Below are positions 8,314-17,537 of a stretch of 32,115 bases of DNA, piece after piece; position 1 is the first letter of the stretch; each line of letters begins with the position of its first letter. The notes under the pieces are model-generated. The model saw nothing but the letters and a program-made list of their open reading frames with translations. It was not told the origin of the DNA and searched no databases. A program made the position numbers and the translations under genes. The stretch is from a virus (taxonomy: Duplodnaviria; Caudoviricetes), in IMG/VR virus record IMGVR_UViG_3300046786_000055, positions 1 to 32,115 of that record; one strand, written 5' to 3'.

Positions 8314-9039
8314 TTATGGTGTGTAGTTTTGGCCGACAGTTGTCCCATACCAGTTTGTGCCATCAGCAAAGAAACTGAAAATGTCTTGCTTTGATGCTGT
8401 GCTGGTGATAGTTGGTGCAGTGCCTGCTGGCCACTTCACTGTTGACCAGGTCACTGTGCGTGATCCAGTGCCATCTTGCTTCAAAAGCAAAATGAAAGAC
8501 TTACCAGCCGTGGCTGTTGGCATTGTGATCGTTGCATTGCCAGTCAATGTCAAAACCTGGAAAGAGCCAGCAGCCAAGCTGATTGTGTAGGCCGTTGATG
8601 TGTTGGCCGTATTCACCTCTTCGGTGTAGCCATTTGTAAACACACCAGCTTCAATGGTCTTATTGGTCAGCGTCTCTGTGCCAGTCAATGTGACATCGCC
8701 AGCGGCAGCAGCTGCAAAGCTCAATGTTCCAGAACCATTGGTCTTCAAAACATAATTCGCTGTGCTATCACTTGTTGGCAATGTGAATGCTGTTACAAAT
8801 CCCTGCAAGTTGGAGTCATAGGCCAACACATCAGTGCCAATGGCCAGGCCAAGCGCTGTACGCGCACCTGATGCTGTTGATGCACCAGTGCCACCCTTTG
8901 TGACCTTCAGCACTGGACCAGCATCAAACAATGCATCAATGGTGTCTAGGTCGCTGTTTAGCTTTGTTCCCCAGCTGTCAGTAGATGCACCGACCTCTGG
9001 TTTGGTCAGCAATAGGTTTGTCGTTGTGGTATCAGCCAT
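8314..9039 (-). CDS. Tail fibre / fibre-anchoring protein
   Basis: N-terminal '[18 protein letters not shown]', 'ARTALGL' fibre motif, Thr-rich beta-strand C-terminus. Confidence 0.7.
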   Translation of the reverse strand: MADTTTTNLLLTKPEVGASTDSWGTKLNSDLDTIDALFDAGPVLKVTKGGTGASTASGARTALGLAIGTDVLAYDSNLQGFVTAFTLPTSDSTANYVLKTNGSGTLSFAAAAAGDVTLTGTETLTNKTIEAGVFTNGYTEEVNTANTSTAYTISLAAGSFQVLTLTGNATITMPTATAGKSFILLLKQDGTGSRTVTWSTVKWPAGTAPTITSTASKQDIFSFFADGTNWYGTTVGQNYTP

Positions 9040-9047
9040 TTTTCACC

Positions 9048-9860
9048 TCATGCGGCAATTTGCCAGGATTCACTATTATCAGCAATTGGCGACCAACTTT
9101 CACTGTTGTCGCTAATTGCATTCCATGTTTCTGAATTGTCAGAGATTGGAGTCCAGGTTTCTGAATTATCAGAAATTGCTGTCCAGGTCTCTGGCGTGTC
9201 GCTTTCGTCTTCCCATTTTAGACGCGCATTGACCGCCATGGATGACACAGCAGTGAATGACACTGCACCAGGCTGTCTGCGCAATGCACTAATGGCCATC
9301 GTGCTTGTGCCACTTACAGCAAAGCCAGAATTGCCAATGATGCTAGTGGACACTGTCAGTGTCGATGTGTCTGTAATGGCAGCAGCGCCAATGGCATATC
9401 TTTTGGCTGCAATTGATACTGTGCTGCTGTCGCTGATCGCAATGGCAGCTGATGCATACCTGGTGGCTGCCATGGCCATTGAGCTTGTGTCGCTGATCGT
9501 GGCTGATGCAGTTGTCAGCCTATTGGCCGCCACGGCCATGGTGCTTGTGCCAACTATTGAAAAAACACCATCTGATGTCTTATTGGCATTGACTGTCATC
9601 GAGCTGGTGTCAGAGATTGCCAGGGCTGTGAATGTGTACCTGGTCGCTGCCACCGACATGGTCGATGTGTCGCTGATGGCCATCGCAGCATTTGAGACCA
9701 CAGAGGCCCCAATGCTCATGGAGCTGGTGGCCGTGATCGTCACGCTTGGCTCAAATGAGCCTTTTGAATAATTGCCGACCCCGTAGGAGCCGTACCCGTA
9801 GCCTACCCTTGGATCAGAGTATTGACCAGCGCCAAAATTCCCCGATCCATAGGCAGCCAT
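9048..9860 (-). CDS. Ser/Thr/Ala-rich repetitive virion protein
   Basis: Gly/Tyr N-terminus, ~20-aa central repeats (AISDTSSM), 10-aa Trp-spaced C-terminal repeats. Confidence 0.75.
   Translation of the reverse strand: MAAYGSGNFGAGQYSDPRVGYGYGSYGVGNYSKGSFEPSVTITATSSMSIGASVVSNAAMAISDTSTMSVAATRYTFTALAISDTSSMTVNANKTSDGVFSIVGTSTMAVAANRLTTASATISDTSSMAMAATRYASAAIAISDSSTVSIAAKRYAIGAAAITDTSTLTVSTSIIGNSGFAVSGTSTMAISALRRQPGAVSFTAVSSMAVNARLKWEDESDTPETWTAISDNSETWTPISDNSETWNAISDNSESWSPIADNSESWQIAA
9051..9215 (-). repeat. Intragenic 30-bp tandem repeats encoding W-x-x-I-S-D-N-S-E-(T/S)
   Basis: WEDESDTPET WTAISDNSET WTPISDNSET WNAISDNSES WSPIADNSES W. Confidence 0.9.
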
Positions 9861-9861
9861 A

Positions 9862-10257
9862 TCAAGCCAAAGTGATGCTCAATGAAGTCGCTGGAATACG
9901 CAAGACATCGCCATCATTGATGGTGCGTGCTGTGGACAATGGCGCCCAGGCCAAAAGATTGCCACTGGTGCTTGCATCAAAAATTCCAGCCCAGCCAATT
10001 GATCCCCAATTGCCACCACTGGCAGCTGCAAACTCAATGGCCGCTGCATTGGTGAATGTCGTGGCCGTGCCAGAGCCGGAAATTGTGCCAGTGGCCACTC
10101 GGGCATAACCATTGCCAGTCACCTCAGTGCCACCACCAGTGTCGCTTGGGGCTGCCGTATACAAACCAACATACCAGGCTGTGGGGCGTGTGGCGCTGCT
10201 GCCAGTAAAGAGCCAGGTTAAAACTAGGTTTTCGGTGTAATCGCTAAAAGATGACAT
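9862..10257 (-). CDS. Conserved phage virion structural protein
   Basis: 'YVGLYTAAPSDTGGGTEV.GNGYAR' and 'DASTSGNLL' motifs typical of a widespread tail-associated family. Confidence 0.75.
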   Translation of the reverse strand: MSSFSDYTENLVLTWLFTGSSATRPTAWYVGLYTAAPSDTGGGTEVTGNGYARVATGTISGSGTATTFTNAAAIEFAAASGGNWGSIGWAGIFDASTSGNLLAWAPLSTARTINDGDVLRIPATSLSITLA

Positions 10258-10265
10258 AACAGTCC

Positions 10266-10889
10266 TTATCCAAAAGTCTTGGCCCTGGTCAACAATGCAC
10301 CACCAGAAGATGCACCACGATCATCGGCAGTTTGTGAATCATTCAAAGCACGCTCATACAGCGTGGCCCATGTCTGGATTCTCGCATCATCTTGCAGATA
10401 TGGAGCAGCCTGGAGAAGCGATCCATACAGATAAATGTCTGGGTTTGATGTCAAAAGCCAGTTGGTCGTGTTGCTGCTTGATAACTTTGCCAACTTTGCG
10501 TAATAGGTCAGCTCAGTTGTGTATGTTGCATCAGGTGTCGGAACAATACGAAACTGGCCACCAACCACACCAAAGAATTTTGGCTTGCCACTGGCTGTGT
10601 AATTGGCAGCTTCATTGTCAAGCGCATCAATGCTCAAAAACTGCAATGGAGTCTGTGGATTGGTGCTGGTCAATTTGAGAGACTTTGTCTCAAGAAAATC
10701 ACTTGGCACAGCGCCATATTGCGCATCAAAAGAGGCATTGGCCCGGACAATCATTTGCCTGGTGCGCAGTGTTCTTTCCACTTGTGCTTCAGCCAGGGAA
10801 ATAAAGTCAGGAATGACAGAAGTCAGGTCCGACCGATTGAGCCAGTCCCCGATTGAAGTCTTCAGTTCTGCATAAGTGCTAAGTGCCAT
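10266..10889 (-). CDS. Head-tail adaptor (gp4 / tail tubular protein A-like)
   Basis: 'TYAELKTSIGDWLNRSDL..IPDFI.LAE', 'PDIYLYGSL'; position after the capsid gene. Confidence 0.75.
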   Translation of the reverse strand: MALSTYAELKTSIGDWLNRSDLTSVIPDFISLAEAQVERTLRTRQMIVRANASFDAQYGAVPSDFLETKSLKLTSTNPQTPLQFLSIDALDNEAANYTASGKPKFFGVVGGQFRIVPTPDATYTTELTYYAKLAKLSSSNTTNWLLTSNPDIYLYGSLLQAAPYLQDDARIQTWATLYERALNDSQTADDRGASSGGALLTRAKTFG

Positions 10890-11538
10890 CTTTCGCCTCT
10901 TTTTCCATTTCCTCTTTCACAATCCAGGTGTGGTCATGGCGAAATTCAAATGTGCCAATGTGGCCAATTTCCTTTGAGACATCATGGTCGATGTAGATTT
11001 TGTAACCAAGCTCTTGAGCTTTCTTACAAAAGAAAACATCTTCACCCATATAGCCCCGTGTGGTCTGCCATGGCATATCAAACCATGGCTCGCTCATTCC
11101 CTCAAACACCTCGCGCTTGATGAGCATTATGCCAGTGCCAATGCTTCCCACCTCTTCCAGTCCAGTCGATTCTGGCATGGTGTAGACCGCCTGGCGCTTT
11201 CCATTTTCGTCATAGTTCTGAGCTGTCGGGCCAGTAGGCATTCTGCGTCTTGCGCAGTTGGCAGCCACGATTGGCGTGTCATGTTTTAAGAGTCTGCCGA
11301 CCATGTCTTGGGGGAATGTCATGTCAGAGTCAATGAAAAGAATGTGTGTGCATCCCTCTCGCATTGCATCCAGGCAAAGGTCAGCCCTTTGGTTTTGGAT
11401 GATTGTGCCTTGCATCAATTTCAGACTGATTGCGTCTTCTGTGTTGAGCGTGTGATAGGCCACCATGTTCACCATGCAATAGGTATATTGTGTGTGTACC
11501 TGATCACGGGCGGGCGTGCAGACTGCGATGTAGTTCAT
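10879..11538 (-). CDS. GT-A fold glycosyltransferase (GT2-like)
   Basis: DxD motif 'LFIDSDM', 'GTGIMLIKREVF', 'GEDVFFC', 'IGH'. Confidence 0.8.
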   Translation of the reverse strand: MNYIAVCTPARDQVHTQYTYCMVNMVAYHTLNTEDAISLKLMQGTIIQNQRADLCLDAMREGCTHILFIDSDMTFPQDMVGRLLKHDTPIVAANCARRRMPTGPTAQNYDENGKRQAVYTMPESTGLEEVGSIGTGIMLIKREVFEGMSEPWFDMPWQTTRGYMGEDVFFCKKAQELGYKIYIDHDVSKEIGHIGTFEFRHDHTWIVKEEMEKEAKDGT

Positions 11539-11852
11539 ACTTTGCCGGGTCTTGTTCTAAAAAATTGATTATCTGAATCGTTGAGCCATTTTTTCATGTA
11601 TTCCTGGTCATCTATCTTGCCTTCAGCCTTCATCTTGTAATAAAGCGCTTCTGGGATAGATGCTACCAAGTGCCATTCACCAGTCCAGTTAGCCTTCTCA
11701 TCCACAGCGTTATAGATAGCTTTATTGGCCTCAATTACCGCAGTGACATCTTGCTGGGTCTGGATCGTCACATCACCCGTCTCTGAGTCTTCATGCCAGA
11801 AGCGCTTGATGCCTTGCTCTTTGTTTTCGTTAAATAGTCTTTTGTGAATCAT
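11535..11852 (-). CDS. Conserved hypothetical protein downstream of the capsid gene
   Basis: 105 aa, 'VASIP' and 'WLND.DN..FRT' motifs; ATGA-coupled to the glycosyltransferase. Confidence 0.8.
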   Translation of the reverse strand: MIHKRLFNENKEQGIKRFWHEDSETGDVTIQTQQDVTAVIEANKAIYNAVDEKANWTGEWHLVASIPEALYYKMKAEGKIDDQEYMKKWLNDSDNQFFRTRPGKV

Positions 11853-11855
11853 TTT

Positions 11856-11882
11856 AAAAAAAGAGCCAGGTTGCCCTGGCCC
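11856..11882 (-). terminator. Rho-independent terminator after the major capsid gene
   Basis: Minus strand GGGCCAGG-GCAA-CCTGGCTC-TTTTTTT (GNRA loop, 7 U). Confidence 0.9.
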
Positions 11883-11897
11883 TTTCCTTTGCTTCGA

Positions 11898-12860
11898 TTA
11901 AGAAGTGATCAAGTCAGCGGCCAAGCCGTGGGCATTCTCAGCCAACACTTTGTGACCCCACTCAACGATCAACATGCGCTTCTCAGCGTCACCAGTCTTA
12001 GCCAATTCGACTTGCTGGTAAGGACGCAAGACAGTCATCTTGGCGTAGTCAGGATCAATCACCCATGCATCGCGCTCACGCTGGAAGCGGTTTGCGATAA
12101 CCTGGACATTACCAAAGTCAGACACATAGATGTCGACAGCACCAACCAAAGTGGCAGGCTTTGCACCACCATCAATGTTGAAGCGGCTTGAAGCGATACC
12201 AGAGAATCCTGACACGCGCTGTTTGTTAACAGGACCGCACATCAAAATCTTAGGTGTGCCACCAGCTGTCCATACTTTCTGAATCACATTTTTCAAAATG
12301 GTTTCAGTGAATGTGCGCACATTGCCGTCTGTACGGGCGCTGTTTGGCAGCGTTGTGTAAGATGGGTCAGCACCATTGGTTTGCTTATCGGTGTTTGTCT
12401 TAACAAACGCGCCCAAAGAGGCAGAAACACGGGCAGTTGTTGAATCACCAGCGACAGCGATGCCGCCATTCAACATGACATATTCCTGGTCACGCTTCAA
12501 CTCAGAGCCACGCTTGGCGATCTGATAAGCCAATTCACTGCGACGGCCAGCCTTGTTCACAACTTCTTCAGTTGCTGACAAGATGATTGTCTTGCGTGAA
12601 ATTTGTGCGTAGTTTTGCAAACGCACAGTAGCTGTCACAGAATCAAATGATGAAACATCATCACCCTCAAGCTGCGCATTGGCAGCAGCTGCGGCCAATG
12701 TATCAGTCTGCCACTCAAACAAGCTATTGGCCACATTCTCGCGGCCAATGTTGCTCATGTAAGGTGTCTCTTCTGGTGCAATGTTTGTGATCACATTGCT
12801 CAAGTCTTCGCGAATACCCTTTGCAGAGTATGTCAAAAATGTATTGCTAACGATAGCCAT
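11898..12860 (-). CDS. Major capsid protein (DUF5309 / SU10-type)
   Basis: 'REDLSNVI.NI.PEETP', 'EWQTD.L', 'NYAQI.RK', 'SDFG', 'LAKTGD'; follows the scaffold gene; downstream terminator; GAGG SD. Confidence 0.9.
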   Translation of the reverse strand: MAIVSNTFLTYSAKGIREDLSNVITNIAPEETPYMSNIGRENVANSLFEWQTDTLAAAAANAQLEGDDVSSFDSVTATVRLQNYAQISRKTIILSATEEVVNKAGRRSELAYQIAKRGSELKRDQEYVMLNGGIAVAGDSTTARVSASLGAFVKTNTDKQTNGADPSYTTLPNSARTDGNVRTFTETILKNVIQKVWTAGGTPKILMCGPVNKQRVSGFSGIASSRFNIDGGAKPATLVGAVDIYVSDFGNVQVIANRFQRERDAWVIDPDYAKMTVLRPYQQVELAKTGDAEKRMLIVEWGHKVLAENAHGLAADLITS

Positions 12861-12867
12861 AATTTCC

Positions 12868-13848
12868 TCATTTCAATAAAAGTTCAATTGCAGAGGCCGC
12901 ATCATCGACACGGCCAGTTTTAGCAAGACGCTGCTTTGCGCGTGTAGCCTCAGTTGTTGTCGAAACCCGACCAGCTGCTCCAGGCTTGGCTGGTCGTGGG
13001 CCATTGTTCACCACAGGCTTAATGCCTTGGCGTTTACTTACCATCTGGTCATACATTGCTGCTTTACGCAACAACAAGACCAGTCGGTGGTCGTAAACGC
13101 TCTTCAAGTCTTCATCGGAAAAGCCTGCTGCCTTCGCAGACTCAATCACCAGCGCCTTTTCGGCCTTTGCCTTCTTGGGGTCTTTCCATTCGGGCAAAGC
13201 TGCCAATAAGGCTTCTTGCTGGCTGGCAAGTTGGGCCTCCATGGCACGCTGCTGCTCATACTGAGAAACTTGAGCCAGGCGCTGCTGTTCAGATTGAATA
13301 GCAGCCATCTTCTCTTGTCTCTCGCGCATAACTTCCTTTTGCCTCACCCACTCGATTGGGTCTTCCTGATAGAGACGATCCAAATCGACTTGAGGCTCTG
13401 AAGACTGAAGTTGGGCTTGCAATGCTCCCAACAATTGAGCATATTGCTCACGCTCGGCCCGGACTGCTTGCGTCTCTTGCTCGACTTGCTTTCGCACTTC
13501 GGCAATCTGCTGCGTTTTCCGGGTGTAGTCCTGAGTCCTGGAATAGCCTTTCTGAAGTTCATCCAGCGTGACAGTAACTTCCTTGCCGTCTACTTTGACA
13601 GTGAAAGTCTGTGGCTGTTCTTCCTCTTCTTGCTCTTCCTCTTCTTCGGACTGTTCCTCTGAGGTCTCTTCCTCTGGCGCGTCTTCCACACCAGGCTCAT
13701 CCTCCTCAGAAGCCGCTGTCTCGGTGTCCTCTTCGGACTCCTCGACTTGCTGCGTCTCGTCAAGTTGCGCTTGTCCTTCTTCAGGGGCTAACATTGCCGA
13801 GATTGCACTGGCCGCATCGGCCATATTCATTGCTTGTGTTTCTGCCAT
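12868..13848 (-). CDS. Capsid scaffolding protein
   Basis: Acidic N-terminus, 'TVKVDGKEVTVTLDEL.KGYSR..DYTRKTQ', coiled coil; immediately upstream of the capsid gene. Confidence 0.85.
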   Translation of the reverse strand: MAETQAMNMADAASAISAMLAPEEGQAQLDETQQVEESEEDTETAASEEDEPGVEDAPEEETSEEQSEEEEEQEEEEQPQTFTVKVDGKEVTVTLDELQKGYSRTQDYTRKTQQIAEVRKQVEQETQAVRAEREQYAQLLGALQAQLQSSEPQVDLDRLYQEDPIEWVRQKEVMRERQEKMAAIQSEQQRLAQVSQYEQQRAMEAQLASQQEALLAALPEWKDPKKAKAEKALVIESAKAAGFSDEDLKSVYDHRLVLLLRKAAMYDQMVSKRQGIKPVVNNGPRPAKPGAAGRVSTTTEATRAKQRLAKTGRVDDAASAIELLLK

Positions 13849-13857
13849 AGTATTTTC

Positions 13858-14124
13858 TTAAATTAGATTTTTCTGTGATTTGCTAATCGCATTCTGTGCA
13901 ATTTTCCCGTTGTCCATAATCTTGATCAACTCTTGCCTCAAACCATCAATGGCCTGGAGCATGCACCATGCTGTTTCGCGCTTCACAGACTCTTCGGGTT
14001 TCGATGAACGAAATACCCAAAGTTGGTCATTTTCCAATTTTGCAATTGCTGCATTGAGGGTTTCATCCTCAAGCAGCTGCTTGGCCTTGCGGCCTTTATT
14101 TACCTGGTCTTCGTTTGTACTCAC
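13858..14124 (-). CDS. Hypothetical protein between portal and scaffold
   Basis: 88 aa, GTG start overlapping the portal stop. Confidence 0.75.
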   Translation of the reverse strand: MSTNEDQVNKGRKAKQLLEDETLNAAIAKLENDQLWVFRSSKPEESVKRETAWCMLQAIDGLRQELIKIMDNGKIAQNAISKSQKNLI

Positions 14125-16337
14125 TGAGCCATTCCATTAAAGGTTGATGGGGGCATCATCTCAGGCGCTGATGGCTGCGGCTGCTGCACAAACTGTGCTG
14201 CTTGCTGCTGGGCCAACAATGCCTGCTGACGCATTGCTTCACGATCAATATTCTGGGCCGCATCAATTTCGGCTGTACTGATCTGTGATTTGTACTTTAA
14301 CTCAATTTCATACTTTTTGAGATACATATCTTGGGCCATTTTGTCACGGGCCAAATCATCATCCAAAAGCATTTGCTGGCGCTTTAGCTCCAGCTCGGCT
14401 GCTTTCTTCTGGATATCGGCCTTGATTGACTCTGCCTGGACCTGGGCCAGCACCTCTTCTGGGGATGGTTTTGGCTGTGGTACTGGTGGCTTGTAGTCGG
14501 CAGGGATGTCGTTGAAATAACTCGATGTATCCTTAAAGCCTGACAGTTCAACAATTTTGCGCAATGTATTGCTGAATTGCTGTGGCGTAACCAAAGGATT
14601 CTGTGGGCCAAGTTGCTGCAAGATTTGCTCTTGCTTGGCCATGATCATCATCAAAGCCTGCATGCGCTCATTGGTATCGCCATTGCCCAGGGCAATGTTG
14701 ATGCTGGCATCCATGCTCGAATCCCAGAATCTTGGGTCAATCTGCACCCATTCATTGCGCATGCGCACCATGCGTGCTTTGTCTTGGTGTGTTGTGGCCA
14801 AAAACAAAATGCCCTTGAAGAGCTTTTTCATGCCTTCAGCTAGGATTCGAGCTGTCAGCTCAATGCGGCCTTGGCTGGCGCTGATCGTGGCATTCACAGC
14901 AGCCTTAGTGCTTGACTGCAATGCATCAGCATTCAGACCCATGGCCGCCTTGCTCATGCCCGTGCGATCTTCCTTGATCTGGTCCATGTATTCCATCATC
15001 GGGAATGCAGCCTGGCCAACAAATGGTGTTGTCAAAGGCTGGACCATGCCAGGCGCTCTCATGCGAATGATCGCACCCGTCTCATTGTTCAAGACATCGT
15101 CAATGTTGACCTGGCCTTCGACCACTGCTGTGCGTGGGTGAATGCTCTGGGCCAGGCTATCCAATGTGTTGCGGAGAATCTCAGACTTGATCTCTTGTAA
15201 ATCACGGGTAATGTCAAAAATTGACATCGCCTCCAAGGGGCTGGTGTGTGGCTCTGGGTCACATGGAAAGTCAGCAAATGGAATGTAACTGGCTGGCAGA
15301 TTGCGCACCACCTTATAGCCACCGCCCATGCAGCAAACTTTTCGCAGCTCGGCAATGCCATCACCATCGTAGTCCACACGGGAATAAGCCTCGATGTACA
15401 GCACTCTGCGCATCATTGGATTGGCAGCGTCATTTGTGCCAAATGTCGTACTCAATGGCTGACGCGCCAAATACTCATCATTGCTGTCCAAATCTGTCGT
15501 TGACAGATTCTCTTCAATTTCATCCTGGTCATAACCCATGGCCATCAAATCAGCCACTGTGGCCATCTGGCGATGGGCAATGATCGTGGCATCGTCAAAC
15601 GACCTGGCGCGTCTGTCCAGCAGCAGCTCCTCTGGTGGCACGGCCATGATCCTGATCCGACCATCTTTTGTGATGCGCTTGATCTGCACATCGTGGACCA
15701 TGGCTGGAGGCATCATCACTGGCTGGCCAGTCATGGGGTCGACAGTGTTGATCTGCAATTCGTCAACTTCTGGGTCTGGATAAGACACCACAATCTTGAC
15801 CTCAGCACCAGGCTCTTGCATCAGAATTTCAAGGGTTTGATCATCCAGGCCGGTATATTCCTCGATGCGCACTTGCTCATCGTCTTCCCACCAGAATTTT
15901 GCAATGCCGCACTTGCGCACCAAGGCATCTTTAAAAATGGCGTAACTGGTCAAAAACCCGTTGTTGTCATTCTGAAAAACATAGTTGGCATAGTCTGTCG
16001 CCTGCTGTGCCATCTTCACATCTTCTGGGCCACGGGGTACAAACTCGACTACATTCTCAGAATTGAAAAACACACGCATCAGGCTTGGCAACATGGCCGA
16101 GACAGTGTCTCGCACCTCCATGGCCACCACTTTGCTGTTGCCTTCGACCTCATTACCAAATAAATCACCGCGATAGTATTCAGTCCCTTTGGCGCGTGTT
16201 GGCGACAGATCACTGTCAACATAGCTCACCGCATCGGTCAGGTCTTGCGTGATGATGCTTTGCAGCTCGGCATCGTCCATTGGCGCTTTGGCTGCAATGT
16301 CAGTCGATAAATTTTCAGTGATATTTTGCTCAATCAT
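14121..16337 (-). CDS. Portal protein (podovirus type, with C-terminal helical extension)
   Basis: 738 aa, 'EYYRG', 'FKDAL..K.GI.K', Gln-rich coiled-coil C-terminus; lies between terL and scaffold. Confidence 0.9.
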   Translation of the reverse strand: MIEQNITENLSTDIAAKAPMDDAELQSIITQDLTDAVSYVDSDLSPTRAKGTEYYRGDLFGNEVEGNSKVVAMEVRDTVSAMLPSLMRVFFNSENVVEFVPRGPEDVKMAQQATDYANYVFQNDNNGFLTSYAIFKDALVRKCGIAKFWWEDDEQVRIEEYTGLDDQTLEILMQEPGAEVKIVVSYPDPEVDELQINTVDPMTGQPVMMPPAMVHDVQIKRITKDGRIRIMAVPPEELLLDRRARSFDDATIIAHRQMATVADLMAMGYDQDEIEENLSTTDLDSNDEYLARQPLSTTFGTNDAANPMMRRVLYIEAYSRVDYDGDGIAELRKVCCMGGGYKVVRNLPASYIPFADFPCDPEPHTSPLEAMSIFDITRDLQEIKSEILRNTLDSLAQSIHPRTAVVEGQVNIDDVLNNETGAIIRMRAPGMVQPLTTPFVGQAAFPMMEYMDQIKEDRTGMSKAAMGLNADALQSSTKAAVNATISASQGRIELTARILAEGMKKLFKGILFLATTHQDKARMVRMRNEWVQIDPRFWDSSMDASINIALGNGDTNERMQALMMIMAKQEQILQQLGPQNPLVTPQQFSNTLRKIVELSGFKDTSSYFNDIPADYKPPVPQPKPSPEEVLAQVQAESIKADIQKKAAELELKRQQMLLDDDLARDKMAQDMYLKKYEIELKYKSQISTAEIDAAQNIDREAMRQQALLAQQQAAQFVQQPQPSAPEMMPPSTFNGMAQ

Positions 16338-16867
16338 GGCTTGACCTTTGTTAGAACCACATACATGGAGTCCACAGCCCGTGGCGTGCGAACGATTTGA
16401 TCTTCTGGCAATTCTAGTGCTTCTCCCAGCTTTGAGAGACGCATTTCAAAGGTAGTCATCTCAAACCGATCTGGCCAGCCCAGATACCAATGCCACTCGG
16501 TGTAATACTTCCAGGAATTCTCATTGAATGCCCGGACATGCGTTGGGTCTTGCCAAGCGCCAAGACTTAGTTCGTAAGGCACATGAATCCGCATCTCACC
16601 ACCAACCTTTAGCAGCTCTTTGCAATTGGTCATGGCATCGACCAGATTTGGAATATGTTCCAGTACATCATTGGCCAGGATCGTCTCAAACATGCCTGGC
16701 ATGATCTCAAGCTGGCCAAACCTGGTCTCTAGCGTGTCACCCCACTTGACCTTGCTGATGTCCACCAGCCAGTCAGGATTCTTGCTGGCCTGGATATCTG
16801 CATTGAGATATTCAGCGCACCAGTCTTTGCCGGATCCTAGATTAAGAATCAAACCAGGCACTCGCAT
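16334..16867 (-). CDS. Class I SAM-dependent methyltransferase (type 11-like)
   Basis: 'ILNLGSG', 'NDVLEHI', 'LKVGG', 'DPTHVR'. Start uncertain (ATG 16867 or TTG 16852). Confidence 0.85.
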   Translation of the reverse strand: MRVPGLILNLGSGKDWCAEYLNADIQASKNPDWLVDISKVKWGDTLETRFGQLEIMPGMFETILANDVLEHIPNLVDAMTNCKELLKVGGEMRIHVPYELSLGAWQDPTHVRAFNENSWKYYTEWHWYLGWPDRFEMTTFEMRLSKLGEALELPEDQIVRTPRAVDSMYVVLTKVKP

Positions 16868-17537
16868 AAGTTGGTCGATTCTCTCTGAGCCATGGCAGCG
16901 CATCCTCATGGAGCTTCTGCGCATTAAATCCAATTGTGTTGCTGCCAATATGGTGTACATAGCTGGCGCTTACAAAATGCGAGTAGCCTTTCTCAATCAA
17001 GTCCCTACAATGCACATCATCTGAATACCAATTCAGAGGTGGAAACTTTGCCTCTTCAAATGCATCACTTGATATCCATGCAAATATTGGGCTGATCTCT
17101 TCGGCCATCTTGATGTGGGCCTCAGACGGGAATTTGTAAAAGTTCAAACGCTCTGGCTGATCAGTGATCCGCACATTCTGACAAGGCCGGGCTGCATCAG
17201 TTCTCGATGCCACCCAGCCAGCCTTCACACTGTTCATCGTCTTAATGATGGCCACATCTTCCATCAGTGTCTTCACACTGCTCGGTGTCAGCACAATGTC
17301 ATCGTTGGCCACAATGCATGAGGACCAGTCTTTCAGCGCTGCCTGGATAACTTCATTGTAGTCATCGCCAAAGTTGCGAGGCTGGCCATAAATCTTGAAG
17401 TCAGCCTGGAAATTCTCAATTACCGACTCTGGACCTCGAAGATAGACCGGGCATTCTGGCGCGTACTGCTTTATGGATTCCAGCAGTACAGCCAGGCCAT
17501 GGCCCTTGACTGTGGCAATGACAATTGGACAAATCAC
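16842..17537 (-). CDS. GT-A fold glycosyltransferase (GT2-like)
   Basis: 'IVIAT', 'RNFG...N', 'VANDDIVL', 'WYSDD', 'YVHHIGS'. Confidence 0.8.
   Translation of the reverse strand: MICPIVIATVKGHGLAVLLESIKQYAPECPVYLRGPESVIENFQADFKIYGQPRNFGDDYNEVIQAALKDWSSCIVANDDIVLTPSSVKTLMEDVAIIKTMNSVKAGWVASRTDAARPCQNVRITDQPERLNFYKFPSEAHIKMAEEISPIFAWISSDAFEEAKFPPLNWYSDDVHCRDLIEKGYSHFVSASYVHHIGSNTIGFNAQKLHEDALPWLRENRPTYASAWFDS

Noticed and set aside
9106-9771. 221-aa plus-strand ORF
   Set aside because: Antisense shadow of the repetitive Ser/Thr/Ala gene; no SD or recognisable motifs.
14557-16163. Several long plus-strand ORFs within the portal gene
   Set aside because: Antisense shadows expected from codon bias.
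16334-16867. Methyltransferase as a DNA methylase explaining the TGGCCA excess
   Set aside because: It lacks DPPY/NPPY or the PC motif of DNA MTases and resembles small-molecule/sugar methyltransferases.
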